Positions 1-8,718 of a DNA stretch of 64,000 nucleotides are shown here, piece after piece (the stretch's first letter is position 1; each line of letters starts with the position of its first letter). The DNA is from Planctomycetota bacterium. Lineage in GTDB: Bacteria > Planctomycetota > GCA-002687715 > CAIWVZ01. The position numbers and the translations under genes were made by a program. The notes under the pieces were generated by a model. The model was not told where the DNA came from and searched no databases. It saw only the letters and a program-made list of their open reading frames with translations. Location of the stretch: NCBI GenBank assembly GCA_044222185.1, contig JBGANV010000004.1:224001-288000 (forward strand), written 5' to 3'.

Positions 1-2
1 TC

Positions 3-929
3 CTCCTGAACGACGACTGGAACGTCCTGAAGGGGCGGTGCTTCACCGGCGGCTACGACGAACTGGGCGCCGACGTCACGCTGCGGCGCGAGACGGGGGC
101 GACGGCCTTGCTCACGATCGAGGAGGGCGTCGTGACCGCGCCGGCGAAGGGCGCCAAGGTCGACGTCGTCGGGCAGATGTTCCCCGCGGACGTGGCGGCA
201 AGCGACTTCCACCTCGGGACGGGCATCACGGTGACGGCGGCGGAACGGATCGGGCAGGACCGCGTCCGCCTGACCGTCGACGTGCTCGCGAACGCCGAGT
301 TGGGGCGCCGCGCCATCTCGTTCCGCGCCGTGCCGGGTCCCAAGGTCCTGACCGTCTACGACACGATCGACTACATCAAGGTGACGCCGGAGCAGGGCTT
401 CTCACGCATCGGCGGTGCGGGTCATCCCAAGCAACTCGAGCGCTTCGAGGCCGTCGCCATGTGTCGCGGGAAGGACCAGAAGCCCTACACGGACGACGAC
501 TTTGCCGTGAAGGTCGTACCGGCCCGCTGGCGCATCGAGGAGTTCGCCGTGCGCGAGAACGACGACGACGCCCAGTTCGTCGGCGAGATCGACTCGAAGA
601 CTGGCGTGTTCACCCCGGCTCTCGAAGGGCCGAACCCCAAGCGCAAGTACAAAGCCAACAACATCGGCGACGTCTACGTGGTGGCGGAAGCGACGATCGT
701 GACGCCGGAAGCGTACAAGCCGCCCGAGTCGCGGCCGTCGACGGACACGGCGTCCACCTCACGGCCGGAATCGCGCTCGGAGTCCCGCGCCTCGACGCGT
801 CCAGCCACGCGACCCGCCATCGCCTACGACCCCAAGCTCCTCACGAAGGAGATGAAGGCTCGAGGACGACTCCTCGTGACGGTGCCGCTCTACGTGAAGT
901 GGGACCGTTACGTGTGGGATCAGCGCTGA
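3..929 (+). CDS. qhpA: Quinohemoprotein amine dehydrogenase alpha subunit, C-terminal part (5' partial)
   Basis: Frame is open from base 3 (LLNDDWNVLKGRCFTGGYDELGADV...). Contains 'YDTIDYIKVTPE..SRIGG..PKQLERFEAVA' and 'GVFTPALEGPNPKRKYKANNIGDVYVVA', typical of QhpA Ig-like domains. Stop overlaps the qhpD ATG (TGATG). Confidence 0.9.
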   Translation, partial: LLNDDWNVLKGRCFTGGYDELGADVTLRRETGATALLTIEEGVVTAPAKGAKVDVVGQMFPADVAASDFHLGTGITVTAAERIGQDRVRLTVDVLANAELGRRAISFRAVPGPKVLTVYDTIDYIKVTPEQGFSRIGGAGHPKQLERFEAVAMCRGKDQKPYTDDDFAVKVVPARWRIEEFAVRENDDDAQFVGEIDSKTGVFTPALEGPNPKRKYKANNIGDVYVVAEATIVTPEAYKPPESRPSTDTASTSRPESRSESRASTRPATRPAIAYDPKLLTKEMKARGRLLVTVPLYVKWDRYVWDQR

Positions 930-2374
930 TGAACTACGCGACCACGTTGCACCGGCGCTTCGAAGGCGATGGCGTGCGCTACGTATACGTCGCGCCCGCG
1001 GCGTCCATCCTCCGCTTGGACGACGTCTCCGCTGCGGTGATCGATGCCTTTCCCGCCACGGGCCGCGACGAGGCGACATGGCTCGCGACGCTGCCCGCGG
1101 GACCGCAGGCCGACGAGGCCCGGGCCGCGTTCCGCGACCTCGTCGCCATGGGGATCATCCGCCGCCAGGGCGAGATGCCCGTGCCTGTCGAGACCGCGCC
1201 GCCTCAGCCCTACCCCTTGGCGACGCTCGTTCTGAACGTCACCAACAAGTGCAACCTCGCGTGCACGTACTGCTACGAGTACGGCGAGGACAAGATCGCC
1301 GACGCGAAGAAGGCCGACGGCACGCCGAAGGCCTCCATGATGACGCCGCAGATCGCGCGCGACTCCGTGGACATGTTGTTCCGGCAGTCGGATGGCCGCG
1401 GTGAAGTGACGCTGACGTTCTTCGGTGGCGAGACGCTGCTGAACTTCGGAGCGATCCGCGCGGCCGTCAGCCGCGCCGAGGAGCTGGCGGCGACGGCGAA
1501 GCGCCGCGTGAACTTCGCGCTCACGACCAACGCCACGCTCCTCGACGACGAGATCAGCGAGTACCTGATCGGACACCGCTTCGGCGTGAACATCTCCGTC
1601 GACGGCGCGAAAGAAGAGCACGACCGCCACCGCACGTTCAAGAGCGGGCTCGGTTCCTACGAGACGATCGTCCCGCGGATCCGCCGGCACATCGAACGCA
1701 ACCGCGCCGCGCGCGGGCGGCCCGTCGGTGCGCGCGTCACGCTCACGACGGGATTCTCGGGGCTTCGCGGCATCTACGACCATCTCGTGCGCGACATCGG
1801 ATTCGACGAGGCCGGGTTCGCGCCGGTGACGTCGGCTCCAGGGCGTGACTACGCGCTGTCGGACGCGAGTTACGGCCGGCTTCTCTCCGAGTTCGCCGAC
1901 CTCGCGGTCGACTACACGGAATCCGCGTTGCGCAACGAGCGGCACGGCTTCTCGAACCTGAACGATCTCCTGCGTGAGCTCCACCTGGGCATCAACAAGG
2001 CTCATCCGTGCGGCGCGGGGCTCGGGCTTCTCGGGGTTTCGACCGAGGGCGAGCTGGGGCTGTGCCACCGGTTCGTGGAATCGGGCAAGCACGAGGTGGG
2101 GTCGGTCTCGAGCGGGATCGACGAACTGCGCCGATCGACGTTCCTCGCGCAGTCGCACGTCTCGAAGAAGATCGCGTGCCACGACTGCTTCGCGCGACCC
2201 ACGTGCGCCGGCGGCTGCTACCACGAGGCCTACGTTCGCTACGCCGATCCGACGGCACCGAACCTCCACTACTGTGATTGGATTCGCGCGTGGACCGATC
2301 TCGGGCTTCGAACCTACGCGCTGATCGCCAACCGCAACCCCGCGTTCTTCGCCCGTTTCGAGGGTGCATCATGA
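929..2374 (+). CDS. qhpD: Radical SAM/SPASM thioether-forming maturase of the QHNDH gamma subunit
   Basis: CNLACTYC (CxxxCxxC), FFGGETLL, SPASM cysteines (CGAG...CHRF...CHDC...CAGGCY...YC). Lies directly upstream of qhpC. The true start is ATG 929, not 38. Confidence 0.93.
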   Translation: MNYATTLHRRFEGDGVRYVYVAPAASILRLDDVSAAVIDAFPATGRDEATWLATLPAGPQADEARAAFRDLVAMGIIRRQGEMPVPVETAPPQPYPLATLVLNVTNKCNLACTYCYEYGEDKIADAKKADGTPKASMMTPQIARDSVDMLFRQSDGRGEVTLTFFGGETLLNFGAIRAAVSRAEELAATAKRRVNFALTTNATLLDDEISEYLIGHRFGVNISVDGAKEEHDRHRTFKSGLGSYETIVPRIRRHIERNRAARGRPVGARVTLTTGFSGLRGIYDHLVRDIGFDEAGFAPVTSAPGRDYALSDASYGRLLSEFADLAVDYTESALRNERHGFSNLNDLLRELHLGINKAHPCGAGLGLLGVSTEGELGLCHRFVESGKHEVGSVSSGIDELRRSTFLAQSHVSKKIACHDCFARPTCAGGCYHEAYVRYADPTAPNLHYCDWIRAWTDLGLRTYALIANRNPAFFARFEGAS

Positions 2375-2694
2375 GACACATCGTTCCCATCAACGTGAAG
2401 GCACGGCGACTCGCCCGGCTGGTCGGTGACGAGGCCGACGCGGCGCGCGGCATGGCGTGGCCGGATCCGCCGTATGGTTGCACGACGATCTTCGCGCCCG
2501 GGTGGGAGGTCGACTCGAGCGGAGGCACGCACGGGCTCTGCACGCCGATCGAGCGCGATCTCTACGACTGCTACCACTCGTGCTATTGGCCGGCGCAGGT
2601 GCCCGACGCGCTGACGAATTTCCCGCACTGGGCCCAGAGCTGCGGCGCGCCCGTCAGCGACTGGGGTTCGATCGACCTCGTCTTCCCACAGTGA
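2371..2694 (+). CDS. qhpC: QHNDH gamma subunit precursor (CTQ cofactor peptide with leader)
   Basis: Leader MRHIVPINVKARRL..., then core GCTTIFAPGWE, LCTPIERD, DCYHSCYWPAQVPD. The Cys-Glu (+9), Cys-Asp (+6), Cys-Trp (+6, CTQ) and Cys-Asp (+8) spacings match the canonical gamma subunit. Confidence 0.95.
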   Translation: MRHIVPINVKARRLARLVGDEADAARGMAWPDPPYGCTTIFAPGWEVDSSGGTHGLCTPIERDLYDCYHSCYWPAQVPDALTNFPHWAQSCGAPVSDWGSIDLVFPQ

Positions 2695-3851
2695 GATCGC
2701 ACGTGCCCAGAGCCTTCTCGATCGCGTTCGTGCTCCTGATCGCCGTCTGCGCAGGTCTTGCCCAGGACTCGAAACCCACGGCCGCCGCCTCGCGGCCCTC
2801 AGGCAAGCGGTTCTTCTGGTTCCGCATGTGGCCCGACTTCCTCGTGAAGTTCGACCCGGTGACGGACACGATCGCAGCCAAGGTGAAGACGCGTCATGGG
2901 ATCGGCTACGACGTCGAACTCACCTTCGACAAGAAGCAGATCCTCGTCGTCACGGACAAGGAGGCTCGGGTCGAAGTGATCGACCTCGCGAAGGCTGCCG
3001 TCGTGGACGAGCACTCGTTCATACAGGAAGGGTTCATCGTCCGCATCCAGGAGATCCGTCAGACCCCGACGCCGTCCCAGTGGTACATCCACATGGACAA
3101 GATCAAGGCGCTCAAGGATCGCTTCGAGCAGAAAGAGAGCGAGTGGATCCTCTTCGACATGTCGACGAAGAAGGCGATCGGCAAGCCGATGAAGGAGCTG
3201 CCGGAGGCGATCCGGCGCGGCGGGCGGATCTCGCCAGATGGCACGCGGTGGCACGTGCGAGGCAAGGACCTCGTCATCGTCGACCCGAAGACCCTGAAGG
3301 AAGAGGGCAAGATCGAGCTGTCGCAGCCCCTGTATGGCGGGATGGGACCGATCTCGCTCGCCAGCGACGATCTGTACGACGGCAAGGTGCCGGGGCGCAT
3401 GAAGGCGATCTACACCATGCGCGATCCCGTCATGACCAATCGATCGCTGGCCGGGCTGATCGAGCTGGATCTGGTCAACTTCAAGATCCTGGACGTGCAG
3501 GAGTGGGGGTGGAATCCGCGCGTGGGCGGGTTCCGCGGTCCGCTCATGACGCAGGATCGGACGAGGCTCGTGACCGAGCGCCGCTCGCGGGGTGGCGGCG
3601 GTGATGATGCTCAGGAGCCCGAGGTCACGCTTGCGACCTACGAACTCGCAACGGGCCGCAAGATCCTCGAAGGGACGGCGAAGCTCCCGCGCTCGGCCGT
3701 GTACCTCTCGGCCGTCGCACCCGATGGCTCGAAGACCTACTTCATGGGTCGCGGCCACGAGTTCATCGTGCTCGACGCCAGGCATCAGTATTTGAAGACC
3801 GTCGAACTCGAGGGCGAGATCGACGGACCCGTCTACCCGATCGACGAGTGA
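2691..3851 (+). CDS. qhpB: QHNDH beta subunit-like secreted beta-propeller
   Basis: GTG start overlaps the qhpC stop (alternative GTG at 2703). Signal peptide AFSIAFVLLIAVCAGLA, 'WPDFLVKFDPVTDTI', and ISPDG/VAPDG propeller repeats. Sits in the position expected of qhpB. Confidence 0.75.
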   Translation: MRSHVPRAFSIAFVLLIAVCAGLAQDSKPTAAASRPSGKRFFWFRMWPDFLVKFDPVTDTIAAKVKTRHGIGYDVELTFDKKQILVVTDKEARVEVIDLAKAAVVDEHSFIQEGFIVRIQEIRQTPTPSQWYIHMDKIKALKDRFEQKESEWILFDMSTKKAIGKPMKELPEAIRRGGRISPDGTRWHVRGKDLVIVDPKTLKEEGKIELSQPLYGGMGPISLASDDLYDGKVPGRMKAIYTMRDPVMTNRSLAGLIELDLVNFKILDVQEWGWNPRVGGFRGPLMTQDRTRLVTERRSRGGGGDDAQEPEVTLATYELATGRKILEGTAKLPRSAVYLSAVAPDGSKTYFMGRGHEFIVLDARHQYLKTVELEGEIDGPVYPIDE

Positions 3852-4501
3852 ACCTCGCCCCCGGGCCGATGCCGCACGTCACGCTCATCGACAGCGGGGT
3901 GAATCCGCTCCATCCCCACGTGCGGGGCATGGGCGAGATTCTGCTCGGGCCGACGATCCGCGGTGATGGATCGTTCGGTCTGGCTGGCTCGGAGATCGAC
4001 GAGATCGGACACGGAACCGCGGCGGCGGCCGCCATATTGGATCTGGCGCCGGGCACCGTGATCCGGTCGATCCGCGTGTTCGTGGAACGGCTCAGTTGCC
4101 CGTTCACGAACATCCTCCGCGCGATCGAGATCGCGGTCGCGGACGGCCCGTCGCTCATCAACTTGAGCCTGGGTACGACGCGGCCGGATTGGAACGAGGC
4201 TCTGATGCGGCTCGTGGATCAGGCGGCGCGCCGCGGATGCACGTTGGTCGCTCCCGCCATGGTCGAGGGCATTCCCAGCCTGCCCGGCGCGCTCGATGGC
4301 GTCGTGGCAGCGATCGACGACGCGGATGTCCCGCGATCCGAACCCGTGCGCGTGGACGACCCACGACGGACGATCTTCCGTGCGTCTCCGTTTCCTCGGG
4401 ACATTCCCGGAGTTCCGCGTCGCGCGAATCTGCGGGGGCCGAGCTTCGCGGCTGCGAACGTCACGGGGTTTCTGGCTCGGCAACAAGCAGGCCGAGTCTG
4501 A
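3848..4501 (+). CDS. qhpE: Small subtilisin-like (S8) leader peptidase
   Basis: IDSG (Asp), GHGT (His), INLSLG and GPSFAA (Ser) in 217 aa, no signal peptide, within the qhp operon. Confidence 0.85.
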   Translation: MNLAPGPMPHVTLIDSGVNPLHPHVRGMGEILLGPTIRGDGSFGLAGSEIDEIGHGTAAAAAILDLAPGTVIRSIRVFVERLSCPFTNILRAIEIAVADGPSLINLSLGTTRPDWNEALMRLVDQAARRGCTLVAPAMVEGIPSLPGALDGVVAAIDDADVPRSEPVRVDDPRRTIFRASPFPRDIPGVPRRANLRGPSFAAANVTGFLARQQAGRV

Positions 4502-5789
4502 CGAGCTCGAGGAGGGCCTGTCGCACGGTCGCGGGCGTCAGGACGAAGAGGCGCGGATTCATCCGCGCCCGCGCCACGGCGTCGTCCAGGGCGCACGGGG
4601 CGGAGACGAGATCGAGCAGGTCCGGGACCTGAATCGAGCCGAGACTCACGAGGATCGGGCCGTCCGCGCTCGCCCGGACTCCGCGCGCGGGCGTCATCGA
4701 CGAGCCCGCTTGGACGAAAGTGTCCGCTTCGTGAAGCGCCGGCGAGCGGGCGAGTCGTTGAACGCGGGCCGGCACTGCGACCCGTGCGCGCGCCGCGGCG
4801 ATGCGGCGCCGCCAGAATGGAGCGCCATCGAAGCGAGTCTGCCTCGCGTAGAACGCGAGCGCTTGATCGGCGTGGCTCCGAAAGAGAGTCCGCTCCCACT
4901 CGAAGCGATGCGCGACGAGCGCCTGTGCGTGACGAGGCTGGTGGAGCGCCGTGTTCACGCAGAGCGCCGTGTGCTCGGCGGACGCAAGAGCCTTCTCCAC
5001 GCCCTGACCCGACAGGGGGTCGATCGTGCACGCGGCGTCGCCCGCGAGCCATGCGGCACCAAGCGGACGGCGCAGCGTGGGCGTGGCAATCGCTCCCTGG
5101 ATTCCGCGGCCGGTGAATCCCGCGGCCGCAAGCCGCGACGCGGCGATGGCTGCGCGGAAGTGCGCGTCGCGTCCTTCATCCCGTACCTCGTCTGCGTCGG
5201 CGAACAGCGTGAGGGTGCGAGAGCCGCCGGCACACGTGACGCGCCAGAGCCACCCTTGGGGCACCGCTTCGATGGCGCTGTCGAGGCTCGTGCCGTCGTG
5301 GTCGCGGATCTCCGTGATGGCGACGGTGGGCGGCAGGGCCTCGGCGATGGCGTGCGCTGCAGTCGATTCGGAAGTGGCGCGGCCAGTGGCGTACACCACG
5401 ATGCGGGCATCGTGGTCGCCGCCGTCGTCGATCGTCACGCCGCGCGCCGACGCGGCCTCGCGAAGTGCGGCGTCCAGTCGTTCGCGATCGACCTGAAGGC
5501 CGCGCGCCGGGCCCGCGAGGCTGCGGCGCATGGGCCGCTCGTGTTCCCAGAGGATGGCGCGTTCCGCCGGGCCTTCGCGCGCGGCCGCCATGAGCGCCTC
5601 GCCCAGCCCCAGTCGCTCTGCCAGTGCGCGCGCCGCCGGATCGAGCAGCTCGTCCGGGATCGCATGCCGCCCCGCGCGATGCACGAGCCGCACGCGCCGC
5701 CCGAACCCCGCCAGCAGGAACGCGACCGTCGCCCCCGCAGGACCCGCTCCCACGACGACGACGTCGGCCGCTGTGCTCGCTGGTTGCAT
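4461..5789 (-). CDS. qhpG: FAD-dependent monooxygenase (Trp hydroxylase for CTQ biogenesis)
   Basis: VVGAGPAG Rossmann motif, VDRERLD, GWLW, AGDAA..IDPLSGQG. Convergent with qhpE and overlapping its 3' end. Confidence 0.8.
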   Translation of the reverse strand: MQPASTAADVVVVGAGPAGATVAFLLAGFGRRVRLVHRAGRHAIPDELLDPAARALAERLGLGEALMAAAREGPAERAILWEHERPMRRSLAGPARGLQVDRERLDAALREAASARGVTIDDGGDHDARIVVYATGRATSESTAAHAIAEALPPTVAITEIRDHDGTSLDSAIEAVPQGWLWRVTCAGGSRTLTLFADADEVRDEGRDAHFRAAIAASRLAAAGFTGRGIQGAIATPTLRRPLGAAWLAGDAACTIDPLSGQGVEKALASAEHTALCVNTALHQPRHAQALVAHRFEWERTLFRSHADQALAFYARQTRFDGAPFWRRRIAAARARVAVPARVQRLARSPALHEADTFVQAGSSMTPARGVRASADGPILVSLGSIQVPDLLDLVSAPCALDDAVARARMNPRLFVLTPATVRQALLELVRLGLLVAEPETP

Positions 5790-5848
5790 GCGCCCGCGAT
5801 CTTAGACGGCCCTGCGCGGTGCCACTTCCCGCCTCTCGACCGTCCGTC

Positions 5849-6041
5849 GGAGCGCCGCGTCCACCGCCGTCTCGGCGGGGACCGGCAGGATCGCCGCGCG
5901 TCTCGCGCGGTCCGGCGGGCGCGGCTTGCGGCTCGGTGCGAGATCACCGATGGCTGCATGATCATCGAAAGTCCCGCGGCGGATCCACGCCCGCCGGCCC
6001 GGACGCCTCGGCTGCGCCTCGTTCGTCCGGCGATCCTGCCG
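5849..6041 (+). repeat. REP/REPIN-like palindromic element, copy 1 (193 bp)
   Basis: Starts GGAGCGCCGCGTCC. Contains hairpins CCGCCG-tct-CGGCGG and CCGCGCG-tct-CGCGCGG, and a 14-bp inverted repeat CGGCAGGATCGCCG (5883-5896) / CGGCGATCCTGCCG (6028-6041). Confidence 0.85.
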
Positions 6042-6137
6042 ATCGCGCCGCCGCTGACGCGACGGGACGATCGGCGCTCCGACTCGCGTTCGAAGAGCGG
6101 AAGGGTCGGGCCTGTCACCCTTTCGCGATCGGTCGGA

Positions 6138-6219
6138 GGAGCGCCGCGTCCACCGCCGTCTCGGCGGGGACCGGCAGGATCGCCGCGCGTCTCGCGCGGT
6201 CCGGCGGGCGCGGCTTGCG
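6138..6219 (+). repeat. REP-like element, copy 2 (5' 82 bp only)
   Basis: Identical to 5849-5930. Confidence 0.9.
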
Positions 6220-6270
6220 TGCGCACTCACGATCTCCGCCGGCTCTCGCGCTCGCACCCGCGATCGCGCG

Positions 6271-6876
6271 TCACACCTTCGCCACGAACGGCACTGAGAG
6301 CTTGTGCGGGCCGAAGGTGATCTCGATGGTGCCGTCATTCGGCTTCTTGCCGGCCGTGACCGCGATCGAGAGCCTGTCCGCCGCCTTCTCCGCCGCTGAA
6401 TGCGTCAGCGGCGCGACGATGCCACCCGTGCTGTTGGCGGCTCCGAAGGCATCCATCTTGGCGGCGCGCAGCGGCGCGGGGTCGAGGAAGACGAGCCCCC
6501 ACTTGTCCTTCGCCGGGTGTTCGATGGCGACATAGTAGAGCCCCGGCGGGACCTTCTGTCCGCCGATCGTCACCTCGACGCAGGTGTCGAAGCTCGTCCA
6601 CGCGTCCTTGCCGAATCGCCACCGCTTGGCGTCGGGCGACTCGAGTTGCTTCTCGTATTCGGACTTCCAATCGGGCTGTCCATATTGGAACCAGAACTCG
6701 CCGGCGATCGGGTTCGCGCGGTTGTCGCCGAAATACACCATGCGGGCAAAGCCGCGCTCGCCGGATTGCGCGAAGGGCTTCACTTCGCTGGCGGCGACGA
6801 AGGCGAGCGGCGCCGAGCCGAGAAGCATGAGGACGAAGAGGGGGATGGCAGATTGGCGCACGGGAAGTGACGTCAT
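6271..6876 (-). CDS. DUF2911-like exported protein
   Basis: Signal peptide, then 'QYGQP', 'WRFGKDAWT', 'VTIGGQKVPPGLY' as in DUF2911. Confidence 0.7.
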   Translation of the reverse strand: MTSLPVRQSAIPLFVLMLLGSAPLAFVAASEVKPFAQSGERGFARMVYFGDNRANPIAGEFWFQYGQPDWKSEYEKQLESPDAKRWRFGKDAWTSFDTCVEVTIGGQKVPPGLYYVAIEHPAKDKWGLVFLDPAPLRAAKMDAFGAANSTGGIVAPLTHSAAEKAADRLSIAVTAGKKPNDGTIEITFGPHKLSVPFVAKV

Positions 6877-7208
6877 GAACGCTCCGTCAGGGCAGGATGC
6901 GGCGCCGCGGCGGCCGTCGGGCGGCGGCAGCGCGGGTCCGCGTGGGGAGACAGCGTTCATGCAAACGGTGAGCCTCGTCACCAGCCGCGACATCGGTCGG
7001 ACAGGGCAGCGCAGTTCGCATAGGACGAGGCGACCCTTCCGGCCTCCACACCGGTCGCTGGCAAGGGCGAGGCGCCCTGCCGAAGGCGGGAGCGCGGGAT
7101 CGCGGCGCCTGTAGTGCGACGAGGCGCGGGTGAGCGGCTCCGCACGCCGAGCGGGCTCCAGGCAGTACCATGCCTGCGGTCGATCCCGGCCGAGGACCCA
7201 TTTCCCGC

Positions 7209-7646
7209 ATGGCGCACCCCGATCTGAACGCCCTCGCTGGCGCGCTCGTTCCCATGGCGAAGAAGCTCCTGGAAGAGCAAGGGGGGTTCCTGCCGTTTGG
7301 CGGCGTCGTCCAGGTCAGCGGCGAGGTCGTGCACCTCTCGGGAGTGAGCGACGGCAAGGCCCTGAAGGCGGACGCGATCATCGAGACCTACGAACTCAAC
7401 CTGCATGACCTCGCGCGGTCGGGCTCGATCCGCGCGAGCGCGCTCGTGATCGATGCGAAGGTGACGCGGCCTGGCGAGCAAAACCCCTCGGACGTGATCT
7501 GCGTGAGGCTCGAGCATGCGACCGGCGAAGCCTTGGAGATCTTCGTGCCGTATTGCGTCGTCACCCGCAGCTGCGTCGAATATCGCCCGCTCTTTGCCGC
7601 CCGCGGTCGCCGCACCGTGTTCGTGCCGGACGAGGCGGATCTTTAG
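7209..7646 (+). CDS. Hypothetical protein
   Basis: Natural-looking globular sequence (AKKLLEEQGGFLPFG...ICVRLEH...IFVPY) with GC3-biased codons. Confidence 0.7.
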   Translation: MAHPDLNALAGALVPMAKKLLEEQGGFLPFGGVVQVSGEVVHLSGVSDGKALKADAIIETYELNLHDLARSGSIRASALVIDAKVTRPGEQNPSDVICVRLEHATGEALEIFVPYCVVTRSCVEYRPLFAARGRRTVFVPDEADL

Positions 7647-7668
7647 CCGTGCGTCGAGCTCGATCTTC

Positions 7669-7861
7669 GGAGCGCCGCGTCCACCGCCGTCACGGCGGGG
7701 ACCGGCAGGATCGCCGCGCGTCCCGCGCGGTCCGGCGGGCGTTGCATGCGGTTCGGTGCGAGGTCACTGACATCGGCATGATCATCGTCCGGCCCATTGC
7801 CAATCGACGCCCGTTGGCCCGGGCGACCTCGCGGCGCTGGGGCCGCCCGGCGATCCTGCCG
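7669..7861 (+). repeat. REP/REPIN-like palindromic element, copy 3 (193 bp, diverged)
   Basis: Same GGAG start and hairpin stems as copy 1 (loops tca/tcc). Same 14-bp inverted repeat (7703-7716 / 7848-7861) at identical spacing. Confidence 0.85.
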
Positions 7862-7976
7862 CGCGTACTCGCGGCGCTGCGGTCGTGCGGCGCTCCGGTG
7901 TCGGCGGATCGCCGCGCGTCTTGTGCGGGCCAACTGGCGGCGACCGTGGCTCGGCGTGCGAGAATGCGACCCAAAC

Positions 7977-8687
7977 ATGGACGCGAACACGAGGCAACCT
8001 GAACGCATGAGTCCGGTGGCACCGCCGACGAAGGATGATCGACGCGAAGAGATGCGAGAGCCTCGCCTGTGGTGGTTTCTTCCGAGCGTAGCGATTGCCG
8101 GCTGGCTTACCTGGCGAGCGGCGGAATCGGGCCTGGAACTCACCGCCAAGGTGGCCGCAGCCAGCGGGTGTTTGGGGCTCCTGGCACTCGTGGTTCACCG
8201 CGGGAGGAAGCGGTGGCTCGGTCTCTGCGCCGGGTTCGCGTGCGTCTCCGGCACCGGGCTTGCCATTCTCTCGGTCGGGTTCTTTGCGCTGGTAGGCGAA
8301 GCGCCGATCTCGTCGGAAGCGGAGTGGCCGTCCGCGCTGACGTCGATCGCCGCCCTCGACGGAGCCGATCGTGCGAGCGCGCACGCGGCCGACCTTGGAG
8401 GCTACATCGACACGGAGGCTGCGTGGTGCATCCGCATCGATGCCCGCCTTCTGCCGGAGGCGCAGCGGCTTGCTGGCGTCGAACCGATCGAGCCGTCATC
8501 GATCCCGCGGTGCTTCTGGACGGCGTTTCCCCGCGCATGGCACCCGACCGCTCGCGCAGGGCAGCGGTGCTTCGCGACGCCAGGGTTTCCCGTCGACTCG
8601 ACGCGCCCCGGCGGCGTATTCCTGATGGCCGTGTTCGATCCGGGGACGGGCTTCCTTCACGTCTGGGAGAAGCGCAACTTCGGGTGA
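7977..8687 (+). CDS. Hypothetical membrane protein
   Basis: About 3 hydrophobic segments followed by a soluble domain. Start uncertain (7977, 8007 or 8052). Confidence 0.5.
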   Translation: MDANTRQPERMSPVAPPTKDDRREEMREPRLWWFLPSVAIAGWLTWRAAESGLELTAKVAAASGCLGLLALVVHRGRKRWLGLCAGFACVSGTGLAILSVGFFALVGEAPISSEAEWPSALTSIAALDGADRASAHAADLGGYIDTEAAWCIRIDARLLPEAQRLAGVEPIEPSSIPRCFWTAFPRAWHPTARAGQRCFATPGFPVDSTRPGGVFLMAVFDPGTGFLHVWEKRNFG

Positions 8688-8718
8688 CGGCGCGCGGCAG
8701 TCCGCGACGACCCTCACC

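Noticed and set aside
38-928. N-terminal 297-aa extension of the radical SAM ORF
   Set aside because: Overlaps qhpA in another frame and is Arg-rich nonsense; the real start is ATG 929, coupled to the qhpA stop.
929-2694. Novel ranthipeptide/sactipeptide antibiotic RiPP
   Set aside because: The peptide has the exact cross-link spacing of the QHNDH gamma subunit and is flanked by alpha and beta subunit genes.
4461-5789. Flavin-dependent halogenase of a natural-product cluster
   Set aside because: The WxWxIP motif is degenerate (GWLWRVT), and adjacency to qhpADCBE points to QhpG.
5849-7861. CRISPR array
   Set aside because: Repeats are 82-193 bp, irregularly spaced with genes between them, and there are no cas genes.
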